A stretch of DNA of 56,833 bases, taken from positions 62,001-118,833 of IMG/VR virus record IMGVR_UViG_3300025759_000061; one strand, 5' to 3'. Below the pieces are notes generated by a model. The model was not told the origin of the DNA, did not search any database, and worked only from the letters and a program-made list of their open reading frames with translations. Below are positions 17,945 to 26,758 of the stretch, piece after piece. This stretch comes from an uncultured virus (IMG/VR IMGVR_UViG_3300025759_000061). Taxonomy: Duplodnaviria; Heunggongvirae; Uroviricota; Caudoviricetes. How positions within the stretch are numbered: position 1 is the first letter of the stretch; each line of letters starts with the position of its first letter. The position numbers and the translations under genes are program-made.

Positions 17945-19054
17945 ATGAAAAATAAAGACCTTTTGGCAAAACTCAAGAAGAACAGCACCATCAAGGATAC
18001 GGCTATTCTTTCAGATTCAAAAATCTATGGCAAGAAAGATATGATTGCCACAATGTGTCCTATGATCAATCTGGCATTGTCTGCACGGCTTGACGGGGGT
18101 TTGACACCCGGCCACACAATGATTGCCGGTCCTTCCAAACACTTCAAGAGCATGTTTGCTCTTATGATGGCTGGTGCATATCTGGATAAGTATGAAGATG
18201 CCATCCTGCTATTTTACGACTCAGAATTTGGAACACCGGAAGAGTATTTCAAGATATTCAACATTGACACATCTCGTGTCATCCACACACCAATTACTGA
18301 CATTGAAATGCTGAGAACCGATATGGCCAATCAGCTTCACACACTTGAACGTGGTGATAAAGTGGTTATTGTCATTGACTCAATCGGCAATCTTGCTTCT
18401 GGCAAGGAAGTTGCTGATGCTTTGTCGGGTTCTGATAAAGCCGATATGACACGGGCCAAGGTGATGAAGTCATTGTTCCGGATCGTAACACCACACCTGA
18501 CCATCAAAGACATTCCTCTGATCACAGTCAACCACTCATACAAAACCATGGAAATGTTCTCCAAGGATGTTGTAGCTGGTGGTACTGGTGCATACTATTC
18601 TGCTGATAATGTATGGATCATTGGTCGTAGACAGAACAAGAATAAAGCATCCGATAAAGAAATTGCCGGTTGGGATTTCGTGATCGTTGTGGATAAGTCT
18701 CGTTATGTTCGTGAGAAGGCCAAAATTCCCATCACCGTGACGTTTGAACGGGGTATCAACAAATACTCAGGGTTGTTCGATCTTGGTCTGGAAATGGGGG
18801 TTGTTCAGAAAGCTGAGAAACGAATCAACAAACAGGATGCTTTTGAGTTTATCGATTCAGATGGGGTTGTGATATCTGAACCCATGAATATGATTGAAGC
18901 TCGTGAATCTGATGTATGGGAAAAGCTTCTGGCAGATAAAAATTTCAAAAGCCTTGTCGAAGAGATGTATTCTATTGGATCGAAGGAACAGATACTGTTT
19001 CTTGATGAGGATGTTGATTTGTCAAATGAGGTGATTGAAAATGAAGACATATGA
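17945..19054 (+). CDS. uvsX: UvsX RecA-like recombinase
   Basis: AGPSKHFKS, FYDSEFG, IDSIGNLAS, DMTRAK. Confidence 0.95.
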   Translation: MKNKDLLAKLKKNSTIKDTAILSDSKIYGKKDMIATMCPMINLALSARLDGGLTPGHTMIAGPSKHFKSMFALMMAGAYLDKYEDAILLFYDSEFGTPEEYFKIFNIDTSRVIHTPITDIEMLRTDMANQLHTLERGDKVVIVIDSIGNLASGKEVADALSGSDKADMTRAKVMKSLFRIVTPHLTIKDIPLITVNHSYKTMEMFSKDVVAGGTGAYYSADNVWIIGRRQNKNKASDKEIAGWDFVIVVDKSRYVREKAKIPITVTFERGINKYSGLFDLGLEMGVVQKAEKRINKQDAFEFIDSDGVVISEPMNMIEARESDVWEKLLADKNFKSLVEEMYSIGSKEQILFLDEDVDLSNEVIENEDI

Positions 19055-19319
19055 TGAGGAAACCCTCTCAATAGCCATCTCTGAAACAGCACACTCATGG
19101 AAGCAACGTTGTTACAACATATGTGCTGCCATAGGTGTTGATATTGGGGAGTATGAGCTAAGTGATGAGCTTGGTGATTACAAGGATGCACTGGCAAACT
19201 TCTATGCTGATCCGGAAGTTTATGACAAGGTGAGTGATGCAATATCACCAGCCCAAGTGGATCGTGGTAATATAGCAAAAAACGTTCTTGAAAAACATAT
19301 GGATAAATCGGAGTCATAA
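19041..19319 (+). CDS. hypothetical protein
   Basis: ORF with GAGGTG RBS. Confidence 0.65.
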   Translation: MKTYDEETLSIAISETAHSWKQRCYNICAAIGVDIGEYELSDELGDYKDALANFYADPEVYDKVSDAISPAQVDRGNIAKNVLEKHMDKSES

Positions 19320-19320
19320 G

Positions 19321-20007
19321 ATGAAATGTTATTGTGTAGAATGTCGGAAGGCACGGCTAGAAGCATTTGGTTTTGCAAAAGCAAGTGTAGAAGAAGAGGT
19401 TGAAGAGCTTAGAACATATCTGGATTCTGATACCAAGATTCAAAGACCACCTTCCCCATATCTGGAGAAAGCATTAAAGAAAATGTATTTTCCAGACCCA
19501 ATCCAGTCTGAGCATTTTCAAGAGTGGGATGAGTATTACATGGCCATGGCCTATATGACGGCTATGAGGTCCAAGGACAACTCAACATGGATTGGAGCCG
19601 TGATAGTGGGTCCTGATGGAGAAATCCGTTCCACGGGCTACAATGGCTTTCCTAGAGGGGTTAAATACACGGAAGAACGTCTTCAAAGACCAGTGAAGTA
19701 TGACTTCACAGAACATGGAGAAAGAAATGCTATCTATAATGCAGCACGGGCTGGTGTCTCAACGAATGGTTGTACTCTATACACACATGGCCTTCCTTGT
19801 TTTGATTGTGCTAGAGCAGTTATTCAATCAGGCATAAAGCAGGTTGTTGGCACCAAACACGGCCTTGTAGAATCATATAGTGAGAGTGAAGCCGGAAGAA
19901 AGGCTATGCTTGATGAAGCTGGAATTGTGTTCAGGGAAATGGATTACAACCCATCCGGTAAGAAAATTGTGTCAAAAGTCAGTGGAGAGTATCACGGTAA
20001 TGATTAA
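19321..20007 (+). CDS. cd: dCMP deaminase
   Basis: STGYNGFPRG, HGERNAI, PCFDC. Confidence 0.92.
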   Translation: MKCYCVECRKARLEAFGFAKASVEEEVEELRTYLDSDTKIQRPPSPYLEKALKKMYFPDPIQSEHFQEWDEYYMAMAYMTAMRSKDNSTWIGAVIVGPDGEIRSTGYNGFPRGVKYTEERLQRPVKYDFTEHGERNAIYNAARAGVSTNGCTLYTHGLPCFDCARAVIQSGIKQVVGTKHGLVESYSESEAGRKAMLDEAGIVFREMDYNPSGKKIVSKVSGEYHGND

Positions 20008-20275
20008 ATATACATGTTTTGAAGTGCCAATTGTTGGTGAGGTTGCCACATTTTATGAATTCAAAGAGAGTCCATGGTATGGAATCAAGTTTTATTTCAC
20101 CAACATTAAACCTGAAAACCCTGACGATATGAAAAATCTGAAAGGTAGTGTCAAGTTGAAATTCTCATATGTCGTTCTGGATGATCAGGGTAGGGGTGAT
20201 CTGGAAAACAATGAAGAACTGGACAGACAGGTTGGTGTTGTTCTGCAAGATTTGATGACTATAGATGAAGATTGA
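20000..20275 (+). CDS. hypothetical protein (positional analogue of T4 gp40)
   Basis: Between uvsX and gene 41; GGAG RBS. Confidence 0.6.
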   Translation: MIKYTCFEVPIVGEVATFYEFKESPWYGIKFYFTNIKPENPDDMKNLKGSVKLKFSYVVLDDQGRGDLENNEELDRQVGVVLQDLMTIDED

Positions 20276-20573
20276 CCCAGACCTTATCAATGCCTTCTTT
20301 GAATTTGGTGGGTCCATCGTCATAGTTATGTCAATCCTACAAGTGTATAGGGATAAGATGGTCCGTGGTGTTTCATGGGTCATGCTGGCATTCTTCACCA
20401 CATGGGGTGGGTGGAACCTGTATTTCTATCCACATGTGGGTGCAATATGGTCATTCTATGCTGGGATATTGTTATTCATCACAAACTTCATATATGTGTC
20501 ACTCATAGTATTTTACATCCGGAAAGAGAAGTATGAGAATCGAGCAGAAAATACTCCAAGGTCTGATACATGA
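20265..20573 (+). CDS. PQ-loop/SemiSWEET-like 3-TM membrane protein
   Basis: ILQVYRDKMVRGVS followed by TM helices. Confidence 0.65.
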   Translation: MKIDPDLINAFFEFGGSIVIVMSILQVYRDKMVRGVSWVMLAFFTTWGGWNLYFYPHVGAIWSFYAGILLFITNFIYVSLIVFYIRKEKYENRAENTPRSDT

Positions 20574-21948
20574 TAATGATTTCACCACCAAGGCTATCCC
20601 CCATCTGAAACCAGAATACTTTTCCGAAAATACAGACCAGCTTCTCTTCACTCTAGTATCCGGATTCATCGACAAATACGATGAATTACCTAAGATAGAC
20701 AGTCTGAGAGTCGAGCTAGGTCAGTTGGCTGGAATAAGTAATGACGATGAGCATGAAATCCAGCAGACCATAGACGAAATAGAAAAGCTTTCAACCGATT
20801 TCAACAGGGATTGGTTGATCGATTCCACTGAGTCTTTCTGTAAGGAACGGGCACTATATCTGGCCATGACCAAATCAATCTCCGTCATGAACGGGGATGA
20901 GAAGGATGTGGGGACCGGTTCCATCCCAGATATCCTCTCTGAGGCTCTGGCCATCACGTTTGATGATCGTATCGGTTTGGACTATCTGGAAGACTGGGAA
21001 GACCGGTTTGACTATTACCACCAGACATTCAACAAGATTCCATTCGACCTTGAGATGTTCAACAAGATCACAAAGAATGGTGTGATCAAGAAAACTATGA
21101 ATCTGGTCATGGGTCCGTCCGGTGGTGGTAAGTCTATCCTGTTCTGTCATCTGGCTGCTGCATACATGAACATGGGTCACAATGTCCTGTACATATCCAT
21201 GGAAATGTCTGGTGAGGAAATCCAGAGACGTATCGATGCCAATCTGTTCAATGTGGATATAGGCAAGGTTGAGAATATATCCAAAGAGGTGTTTGCCAAG
21301 AAGGTGGACACACTCAAGAGCAAGATCAAGGGAAAGCTGATCGTCGAACAGTTTCCAACATCTGAAGCCAATGTGAATCACTTCAAGGCTCTGATGAAGG
21401 ACCTCAAACTGAAACGTGGGTTCGTGCCTGATGTGGTGATCATTGACTATCTCAACATCTGTTCATCTGCCCGTATCAAGATGGGTGGTTCGATCAATTC
21501 ATATACCTATGTGTTGAAGATTGCCGAAGAGGTACGATCACTGGCACAAAAAGAAGATGTTATCATGTGGACAGGAACACAGACAAACCGTGAGGGGTAT
21601 AAGTCTACTGATCCGGGTGCTGAGAACGTGGCTGAATCATTTGGCTTGATGTACACAACGGATTTCTTCATTGCACTGGTGCCCACTGAAGAGCTTGAAG
21701 AGCTTGGGCAGATCATGGTCAAACAGATCAAGAACCGATATAATGCCGTTGACAACCCCAGACGATTCTGTATTGGGCTTGACAAGGCCAAGATGAGGTT
21801 TTATGATCTGGAAGATTCAGCACAGGAAGATATCATTGATAATGAAACTGGTGAAATAACAAGGGGTCCAGCAAACAGACCGGTAAAAGCATTACGTGAT
21901 GATGATAAACCCATCATGGATGACAGGTTTGGGGACTTCATGTTTTAA
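20533..21948 (+). CDS. 41: replicative helicase gp41
   Basis: GPSGGGKS, YISMEM, IDYLNI, QTNR, ESFGL, KNRY. Confidence 0.95.
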   Translation: MRIEQKILQGLIHDNDFTTKAIPHLKPEYFSENTDQLLFTLVSGFIDKYDELPKIDSLRVELGQLAGISNDDEHEIQQTIDEIEKLSTDFNRDWLIDSTESFCKERALYLAMTKSISVMNGDEKDVGTGSIPDILSEALAITFDDRIGLDYLEDWEDRFDYYHQTFNKIPFDLEMFNKITKNGVIKKTMNLVMGPSGGGKSILFCHLAAAYMNMGHNVLYISMEMSGEEIQRRIDANLFNVDIGKVENISKEVFAKKVDTLKSKIKGKLIVEQFPTSEANVNHFKALMKDLKLKRGFVPDVVIIDYLNICSSARIKMGGSINSYTYVLKIAEEVRSLAQKEDVIMWTGTQTNREGYKSTDPGAENVAESFGLMYTTDFFIALVPTEELEELGQIMVKQIKNRYNAVDNPRRFCIGLDKAKMRFYDLEDSAQEDIIDNETGEITRGPANRPVKALRDDDKPIMDDRFGDFMF

Positions 21949-22561
21949 AGAAGGTTCTTTTATCATACTCTTTTTTGAGTATACCACGATTTGGTATTCT
22001 GTTCATGTCTGGAACATTATCAGAAAACTGTCCAACTTTGAATTTTGTTTCAGGACTCTGAACTTCACGTGGCACACCAAGGCAACTGTATTTTACCACC
22101 TTCCAGACATATATGGTATCACCCACGGATGCTTCAGTTGGTATTGTATGAATGATCTGAAATCTTTTTGGGTCTGCCGATTTGTTATACCCAAATGGTT
22201 CGGGTTGAGGAATGATCTGAATAACCAAACCGTCAGTGGTTCTTACCCTACCTTCCATTCTTGCACCGGTTGCCTTACAGAAGAGAAGAGAGGTCCATGG
22301 TTTAATTGATCTGCTTTCAAGCACGAATGGTGAGTTTATGGGAACAATATCTCTGGGAACGGTCAGAGAACGTATTATGAGAGGGTCTGCAACAGCAACA
22401 ACATGAAACCACAATGCAGCAATTCCTATAATACTCCATTTTATAATAGATTCGAGATATGGGACAGTTCTAACTGTTGCCTGAATATCTTTAAGCACAC
22501 ATACTAGGCATATATGATTTTCTCTTAGTTTTCCATGACCTTCGGTGCATATGTATTTCAA
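21938..22561 (-). CDS. hypothetical protein with N-terminal TM and probable periplasmic domain
   Basis: Minus-strand ORF coupled to the upstream gene. Confidence 0.65.
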   Translation of the reverse strand: MKYICTEGHGKLRENHICLVCVLKDIQATVRTVPYLESIIKWSIIGIAALWFHVVAVADPLIIRSLTVPRDIVPINSPFVLESRSIKPWTSLLFCKATGARMEGRVRTTDGLVIQIIPQPEPFGYNKSADPKRFQIIHTIPTEASVGDTIYVWKVVKYSCLGVPREVQSPETKFKVGQFSDNVPDMNRIPNRGILKKEYDKRTFFKT

Positions 22562-22866
22562 TTTCCCGTTACCTTTTTGACAGTTTCAGATATGACCCTC
22601 ACCCACAATTCATATATTCCATACAGTGTAGCAGACACGGCAAGGAATAATGTTGCTGTGTCTCGTGCACTTTTTTTCAACCATATGTAATTACGTTCTT
22701 TTTGGGCCATTTCACTGATAAGGTCCAAATCATTCAACAATTTGAAGATTTCATCCTCATACTCTATCAATGTGATGAATTTTAACAACTTTTCATCACT
22801 ATCGAGTGAATTGGCAAGTCGTCTTACAGTGTCATACTGTTTTTCTGTAAGTTTTGGGGATGCCAT
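22558..22866 (-). CDS. small membrane protein (late)
   Basis: C-terminal TM; CTAAATA on - strand at 22904-22910. Confidence 0.7.
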   Translation of the reverse strand: MASPKLTEKQYDTVRRLANSLDSDEKLLKFITLIEYEDEIFKLLNDLDLISEMAQKERNYIWLKKSARDTATLFLAVSATLYGIYELWVRVISETVKKVTGN

Positions 22867-22878
22867 GTGATTTGTCTC

Positions 22879-22910
22879 TTGACTCTACTGATGGGTGCAG
22901 GTATATTTAG
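22879..22910. promoter_or_regulatory. overlapping + strand sigma70 promoter and - strand late promoter
   Basis: TTGACT-N17-TATATT (+), CTAAATA (-). Confidence 0.6.
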
Positions 22911-22945
22911 GTCATAGAGTGATTAGAGAGAAAAGGAAATAAGAC

Positions 22946-23227
22946 ATGACAGCTTATGTGGTTTACAACTTGGAAACAACCTACTTGGTCAAAGCCAAGT
23001 CCGGAAGAACACACTTTGAAAGTAAGGGTGCTGCTACCCGTGCCAAGAACGAAGCAGAACGGAAAGAGCCTGAGTATGGGTTTGGTATTACTGATGTGAA
23101 GAACTTCTACAACAACATTGAACTGACCGTGACCCGTTACAATGCCCTGACCGGTGCTCCCTTCGAAGAGACGGTAAACACCCCATACTACTGCTCACCA
23201 TCGTCAGAACATTACCACTGCTCGTAA
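22946..23227 (+). CDS. hypothetical early protein
   Basis: GAGAAAAGGA RBS; C-terminal NTPYYCSPSSEHYHCS. Confidence 0.8.
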   Translation: MTAYVVYNLETTYLVKAKSGRTHFESKGAATRAKNEAERKEPEYGFGITDVKNFYNNIELTVTRYNALTGAPFEETVNTPYYCSPSSEHYHCS

Positions 23228-23233
23228 CAGGGG

Positions 23234-23259
23234 TGGGGACTCCGGTCCCCATGGCTTTT
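23234..23259 (+). terminator. probable terminator hairpin
   Basis: tggggac-tccg-gtcccca then T run. Confidence 0.6.
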
Positions 23260-23276
23260 AAGAAAGAGAAACATAG

Positions 23277-23873
23277 ATGGATAACAGAGTCATTTTAACA
23301 GACTGTGACGGGGTACTCCTGAACTGGGAGTATTCCTTCTATATCTGGATGGAACGTTTTGGATTCAAACCGGTGGTTGATGATCCGGGAATGTTCTATG
23401 ATGCCGGTCATGTGCTTGGTATCGAAAAGCCTGATCTGATCAAGTACATCAGACAGTTTAACGAGTCTGCTGCAATAGGGTTTCTTCCACCATTCAGGGA
23501 TGCCATGGAGTACGTCAAAAAGCTCCATAGAGAGCATGGTTACGTGTTTCATGTGATAACATCCCTCTCAACAGATAAAGCTGCTGGTGAGCTTCGTAAG
23601 AGGAACCTGTGTAAGTTATTTGGTGATACAGTGTTCGATGATTACATCTTTCTGGACACTGGAGCCGATAAACATGAGGCATTAGCTAAATACCAAGACA
23701 AGGACTATTATTTCATTGAAGATAAGCCGGAAAATGCATTGCTTGCATACGACTATGGTCTGAAGGGTGTTCTGGTGGAGCATGGACACAACATGCATAT
23801 CACAGACATTCCAGTATTCAAGAACTGGAAGAGCATCTATAAACATATAACGAAAGATAATGAATATGGATAA
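23277..23873 (+). CDS. HAD-family phosphatase (T4 30.2-like)
   Basis: ILTDCDGVLL, ITS, FIEDKPEN. Confidence 0.88.
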   Translation: MDNRVILTDCDGVLLNWEYSFYIWMERFGFKPVVDDPGMFYDAGHVLGIEKPDLIKYIRQFNESAAIGFLPPFRDAMEYVKKLHREHGYVFHVITSLSTDKAAGELRKRNLCKLFGDTVFDDYIFLDTGADKHEALAKYQDKDYYFIEDKPENALLAYDYGLKGVLVEHGHNMHITDIPVFKNWKSIYKHITKDNEYG

Positions 23874-24084
23874 TTTTGTAATAATTGCTATCATAATATC
23901 TGGTGGTGCACTACTTTACTGGTTGGGTTATAATAGAGCAATTCAAACAAGAACCGATGATATGGAAAAATTTCTGGATGGTATGATCGATGATGGTATC
24001 GTTGAACGAGAAGAAGTGATTAAACACTTGCAAAAAGTTAGGGAAGCACTTGAACAAGAAGACTCCACGGAAGCAAAATCCTAG
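23860..24084 (+). CDS. small membrane protein
   Basis: N-terminal TM. Confidence 0.6.
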   Translation: MNMDNFVIIAIIISGGALLYWLGYNRAIQTRTDDMEKFLDGMIDDGIVEREEVIKHLQKVREALEQEDSTEAKS

Positions 24085-24247
24085 AGACTATGATAAAGCT
24101 GCTGAAGAAGCTATAAAAAAGATGCTCGACAGAAGATCACAGATTTTCTTGGAAGAGGCCGTTGGTATGGCTCTTGACCAACTGGGGGGATCAGAAACCA
24201 AGAAAATTCTCCTGAGTTATGTCGAACTCGTTGAAGAGTTTAGATAA
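24050..24247 (+). CDS. hypothetical protein
   Basis: ORF in operon. Confidence 0.55.
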   Translation: MNKKTPRKQNPRDYDKAAEEAIKKMLDRRSQIFLEEAVGMALDQLGGSETKKILLSYVELVEEFR

Positions 24248-24270
24248 TACACCCTAAAAGCCAAAGACTT

Positions 24271-24277
24271 CTAAATA
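24271..24277 (+). promoter_or_regulatory. late promoter CTAAATA
   Basis: Heads the late/virion gene block. Confidence 0.6.
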
Positions 24278-24316
24278 CTGGATATAGTGATAATATCCAG
24301 TAGGGAAGAGGTCAAA

Positions 24317-26758
24317 ATGGCTAAAAAACTTTCATATTTTACAAAACCACCATTGGTGGAAGAAGTCCGTATTGAAGAAACCTTCGATATGGATGATTTC
24401 CTGTTGTATGAAAAGTCAATGTTCCCAAATATGATCAGGGATATAAAGGATAAGGTTATGGGTCGTAGAGGCCCAGAGGTTATGTCAAAGGCCCTGTTTG
24501 ATTATGTCAAGCTGATCGACAAGACATCAAAAGGTCCAGCAACAAGCAGAACATCAAACGGTTCTATCAAGGTTAACACCAAGAGCAGACATGCCGTTTC
24601 CATAGCCAACCTTTATCACCTTCCCCCACGTAAATTCATAGAATTCCTCAACAAATCCCTGAAACAGCAGGGGTTTACAGATTACATCGTGGAATCTCTT
24701 GATGAAGATATCTTCATGATGAACGAAGCTGTAGCTCCAATGGTCAACGATGCCAAGAGAGTTTTCTGCACAACCAACATCAAAGAGAAGCAGGCACTTG
24801 TCTCCACCATGGTCGATGAGTATGCCGAAGAGCATATGAAAGGCTCTCTCAAGGCCCATGTGGAGAATATGGCAGACCCTGAGACCCTGAACAAGGTTGC
24901 ATATAACCTGATGTTCAGAAGCAATGAACCACTGATAAATTGTGGTCTGGCTGAAGAAATCCTTTACGAAATGCCGACTGTTTCAGACAGTGATATGAGA
25001 GAAGTCCTGACAGACCTGTCCAGAAAATGGGCTGCTAAAGGTGTCAATTTCGACTTCTCCAAACACTTCAAGGAACGTGTGAATGATGCAAGAAATTCAA
25101 ACCAGCCTATCTCAGTGGATGATCTGAAGACATTTTTCGACAAGATTTATGAAAAGATGGGTACGAAGATCGGTAAAATCCGTATGAGACCCGGTGAAGA
25201 CATGGAAGGTGTGTTCAGTTTCCGTGCCAAGAGTCTCCATGTTCCATTTGTTATCCGTTATGAGAAAGACAACGGTAAGGGTCTTGTACTGCTTGCCCAG
25301 TCTATCATCCGGAAGAAGAAGTTTGCACTTGGTAGAATGGGTGGAAAGCACTTTGTCGTGGAAGATTTCGACAACGGTATCACAATGCAGCTTGGCAACA
25401 CCGACAAGATCACAGAAGACCATGGTGCCGGGTTCATGGGGACATCTGACCTGACCAAGAAATACATGAATGCCACACCGGGACAGGATGAGAACGGGGA
25501 ATGGAAGATTGCCTATAATGATTATGAGGAAGAATGGGCTGAGTTTGATGGTAATCCGGGTGTTCACACAGACAACAAAGAAAAGAAGAAGATGACCATG
25601 AAGACACTCAAGCAGAAGATCACCGAAGCTAACGTCAGGGGTAGATCACCACGTAGTGTTGGTTTGAAGGTTGGTGCTGATGGAGTGTTAGATGGTGGAA
25701 CAGTCAGACCTGTGAGTAAGACCAGAACCCGTGGCAACATGGGTCGGAAGAATGATCCTGCACGTTCAAAGAAGGTTGATGATGGCTCCACAAGAACACA
25801 GGTTAATAGGGCTGCAAAATCCAATCCAAGGCAACCACGGGTGAACTCGACTGCAAAAGGTGGCCAGCCAACTGATAGTGTCCAGTCTCGTACATCAAGA
25901 TCAAACAACACAACCGTAGCCAAGGCCCGTGAGAGAATTGCAAGACGGCAGGAGAGACAGGCTGCTTCAAAAGCTCGTTCTGCTGGTGTTAAGCTAAAAC
26001 CAACAACAGGTGGTAGAGACAGTCCGGAAACCAACAATACTGCAACTAAACCACAGGCAGGACCGGCAAGGAATCCAAGGTTCAGACAGGTTGGCCAGAA
26101 AACCAATCCACGGGCTGCTACAGCACCAAGCACTGTTAGAACACGTGGCAATATAGGTCGGAAGACTGACCCGGCTCGTGCTGTTGGTAAGCCAACAACT
26201 GGCAGAGACAGTCCTGAGACCAATAACACTGCAACTAAACCTAAAGTCTCAAGACAGCAGGCCCAGAAGAGAAATGGTGCTACAGCTAAAACCACAACAA
26301 AATTGGCTCAAGCAACAAGTGTGGGATCAAATTCGAAGAGACCGGATCGTGCTAGACCCGGTGCTACAGCTAAAACTACAACAAAATTGGCTCAAGCAAC
26401 CATGGTTGGCTCAAATTCAAGAAGAACAGGTGCCCAAGGGCAGGGAAATCAGGTAAATAGAGCTAGGAAGGCTGGGGATCAACATCCACCGTCTGTTGGG
26501 GTGGCTAAAAAGCCGGGTGATCAACATCCAGTCAACAAGCCAAGCATTGCTAATGCACCAAAGCCAAGAAGCAAGCCAGCAGTGCCGAAGCCAGCAGTGG
26601 CAAAGAGAACAACAACCATCTCCAAGCAGAAGCCTAAGTCTGGTGGGCAGACCACATACAAAGCCAATTACAAAGGTGGACAAGGCCAAAAGGCTGTTTC
26701 ACTGAGTCGAATTAACCAAAACACAAGAACCAGAGCACCAAAGGACAGAGTACGATGA
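24317..26758 (+). CDS. large multi-domain late protein with very basic, repetitive C-terminal half (probable head-internal protein)
   Basis: GAGG RBS; FSKHFKERVNDARN domain; K/R/T/P-rich repeats. Confidence 0.8.
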   Translation: MAKKLSYFTKPPLVEEVRIEETFDMDDFLLYEKSMFPNMIRDIKDKVMGRRGPEVMSKALFDYVKLIDKTSKGPATSRTSNGSIKVNTKSRHAVSIANLYHLPPRKFIEFLNKSLKQQGFTDYIVESLDEDIFMMNEAVAPMVNDAKRVFCTTNIKEKQALVSTMVDEYAEEHMKGSLKAHVENMADPETLNKVAYNLMFRSNEPLINCGLAEEILYEMPTVSDSDMREVLTDLSRKWAAKGVNFDFSKHFKERVNDARNSNQPISVDDLKTFFDKIYEKMGTKIGKIRMRPGEDMEGVFSFRAKSLHVPFVIRYEKDNGKGLVLLAQSIIRKKKFALGRMGGKHFVVEDFDNGITMQLGNTDKITEDHGAGFMGTSDLTKKYMNATPGQDENGEWKIAYNDYEEEWAEFDGNPGVHTDNKEKKKMTMKTLKQKITEANVRGRSPRSVGLKVGADGVLDGGTVRPVSKTRTRGNMGRKNDPARSKKVDDGSTRTQVNRAAKSNPRQPRVNSTAKGGQPTDSVQSRTSRSNNTTVAKARERIARRQERQAASKARSAGVKLKPTTGGRDSPETNNTATKPQAGPARNPRFRQVGQKTNPRAATAPSTVRTRGNIGRKTDPARAVGKPTTGRDSPETNNTATKPKVSRQQAQKRNGATAKTTTKLAQATSVGSNSKRPDRARPGATAKTTTKLAQATMVGSNSRRTGAQGQGNQVNRARKAGDQHPPSVGVAKKPGDQHPVNKPSIANAPKPRSKPAVPKPAVAKRTTTISKQKPKSGGQTTYKANYKGGQGQKAVSLSRINQNTRTRAPKDRVR
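25998..26400 (+). repeat. internal coding duplications (TTGRDSPETNNTATKP x2; GATAKTTTKLAQAT x2)
   Basis: Near-identical DNA at ~25998-26052/~26190-26242 and 26276-26316/26360-26400. Confidence 0.85.

Noticed and set aside
25564..26295. 243-aa minus-strand ORF and other long antisense ORFs
   Set aside because: These are shadows of + strand genes with biased codon use and have no RBS or motifs.
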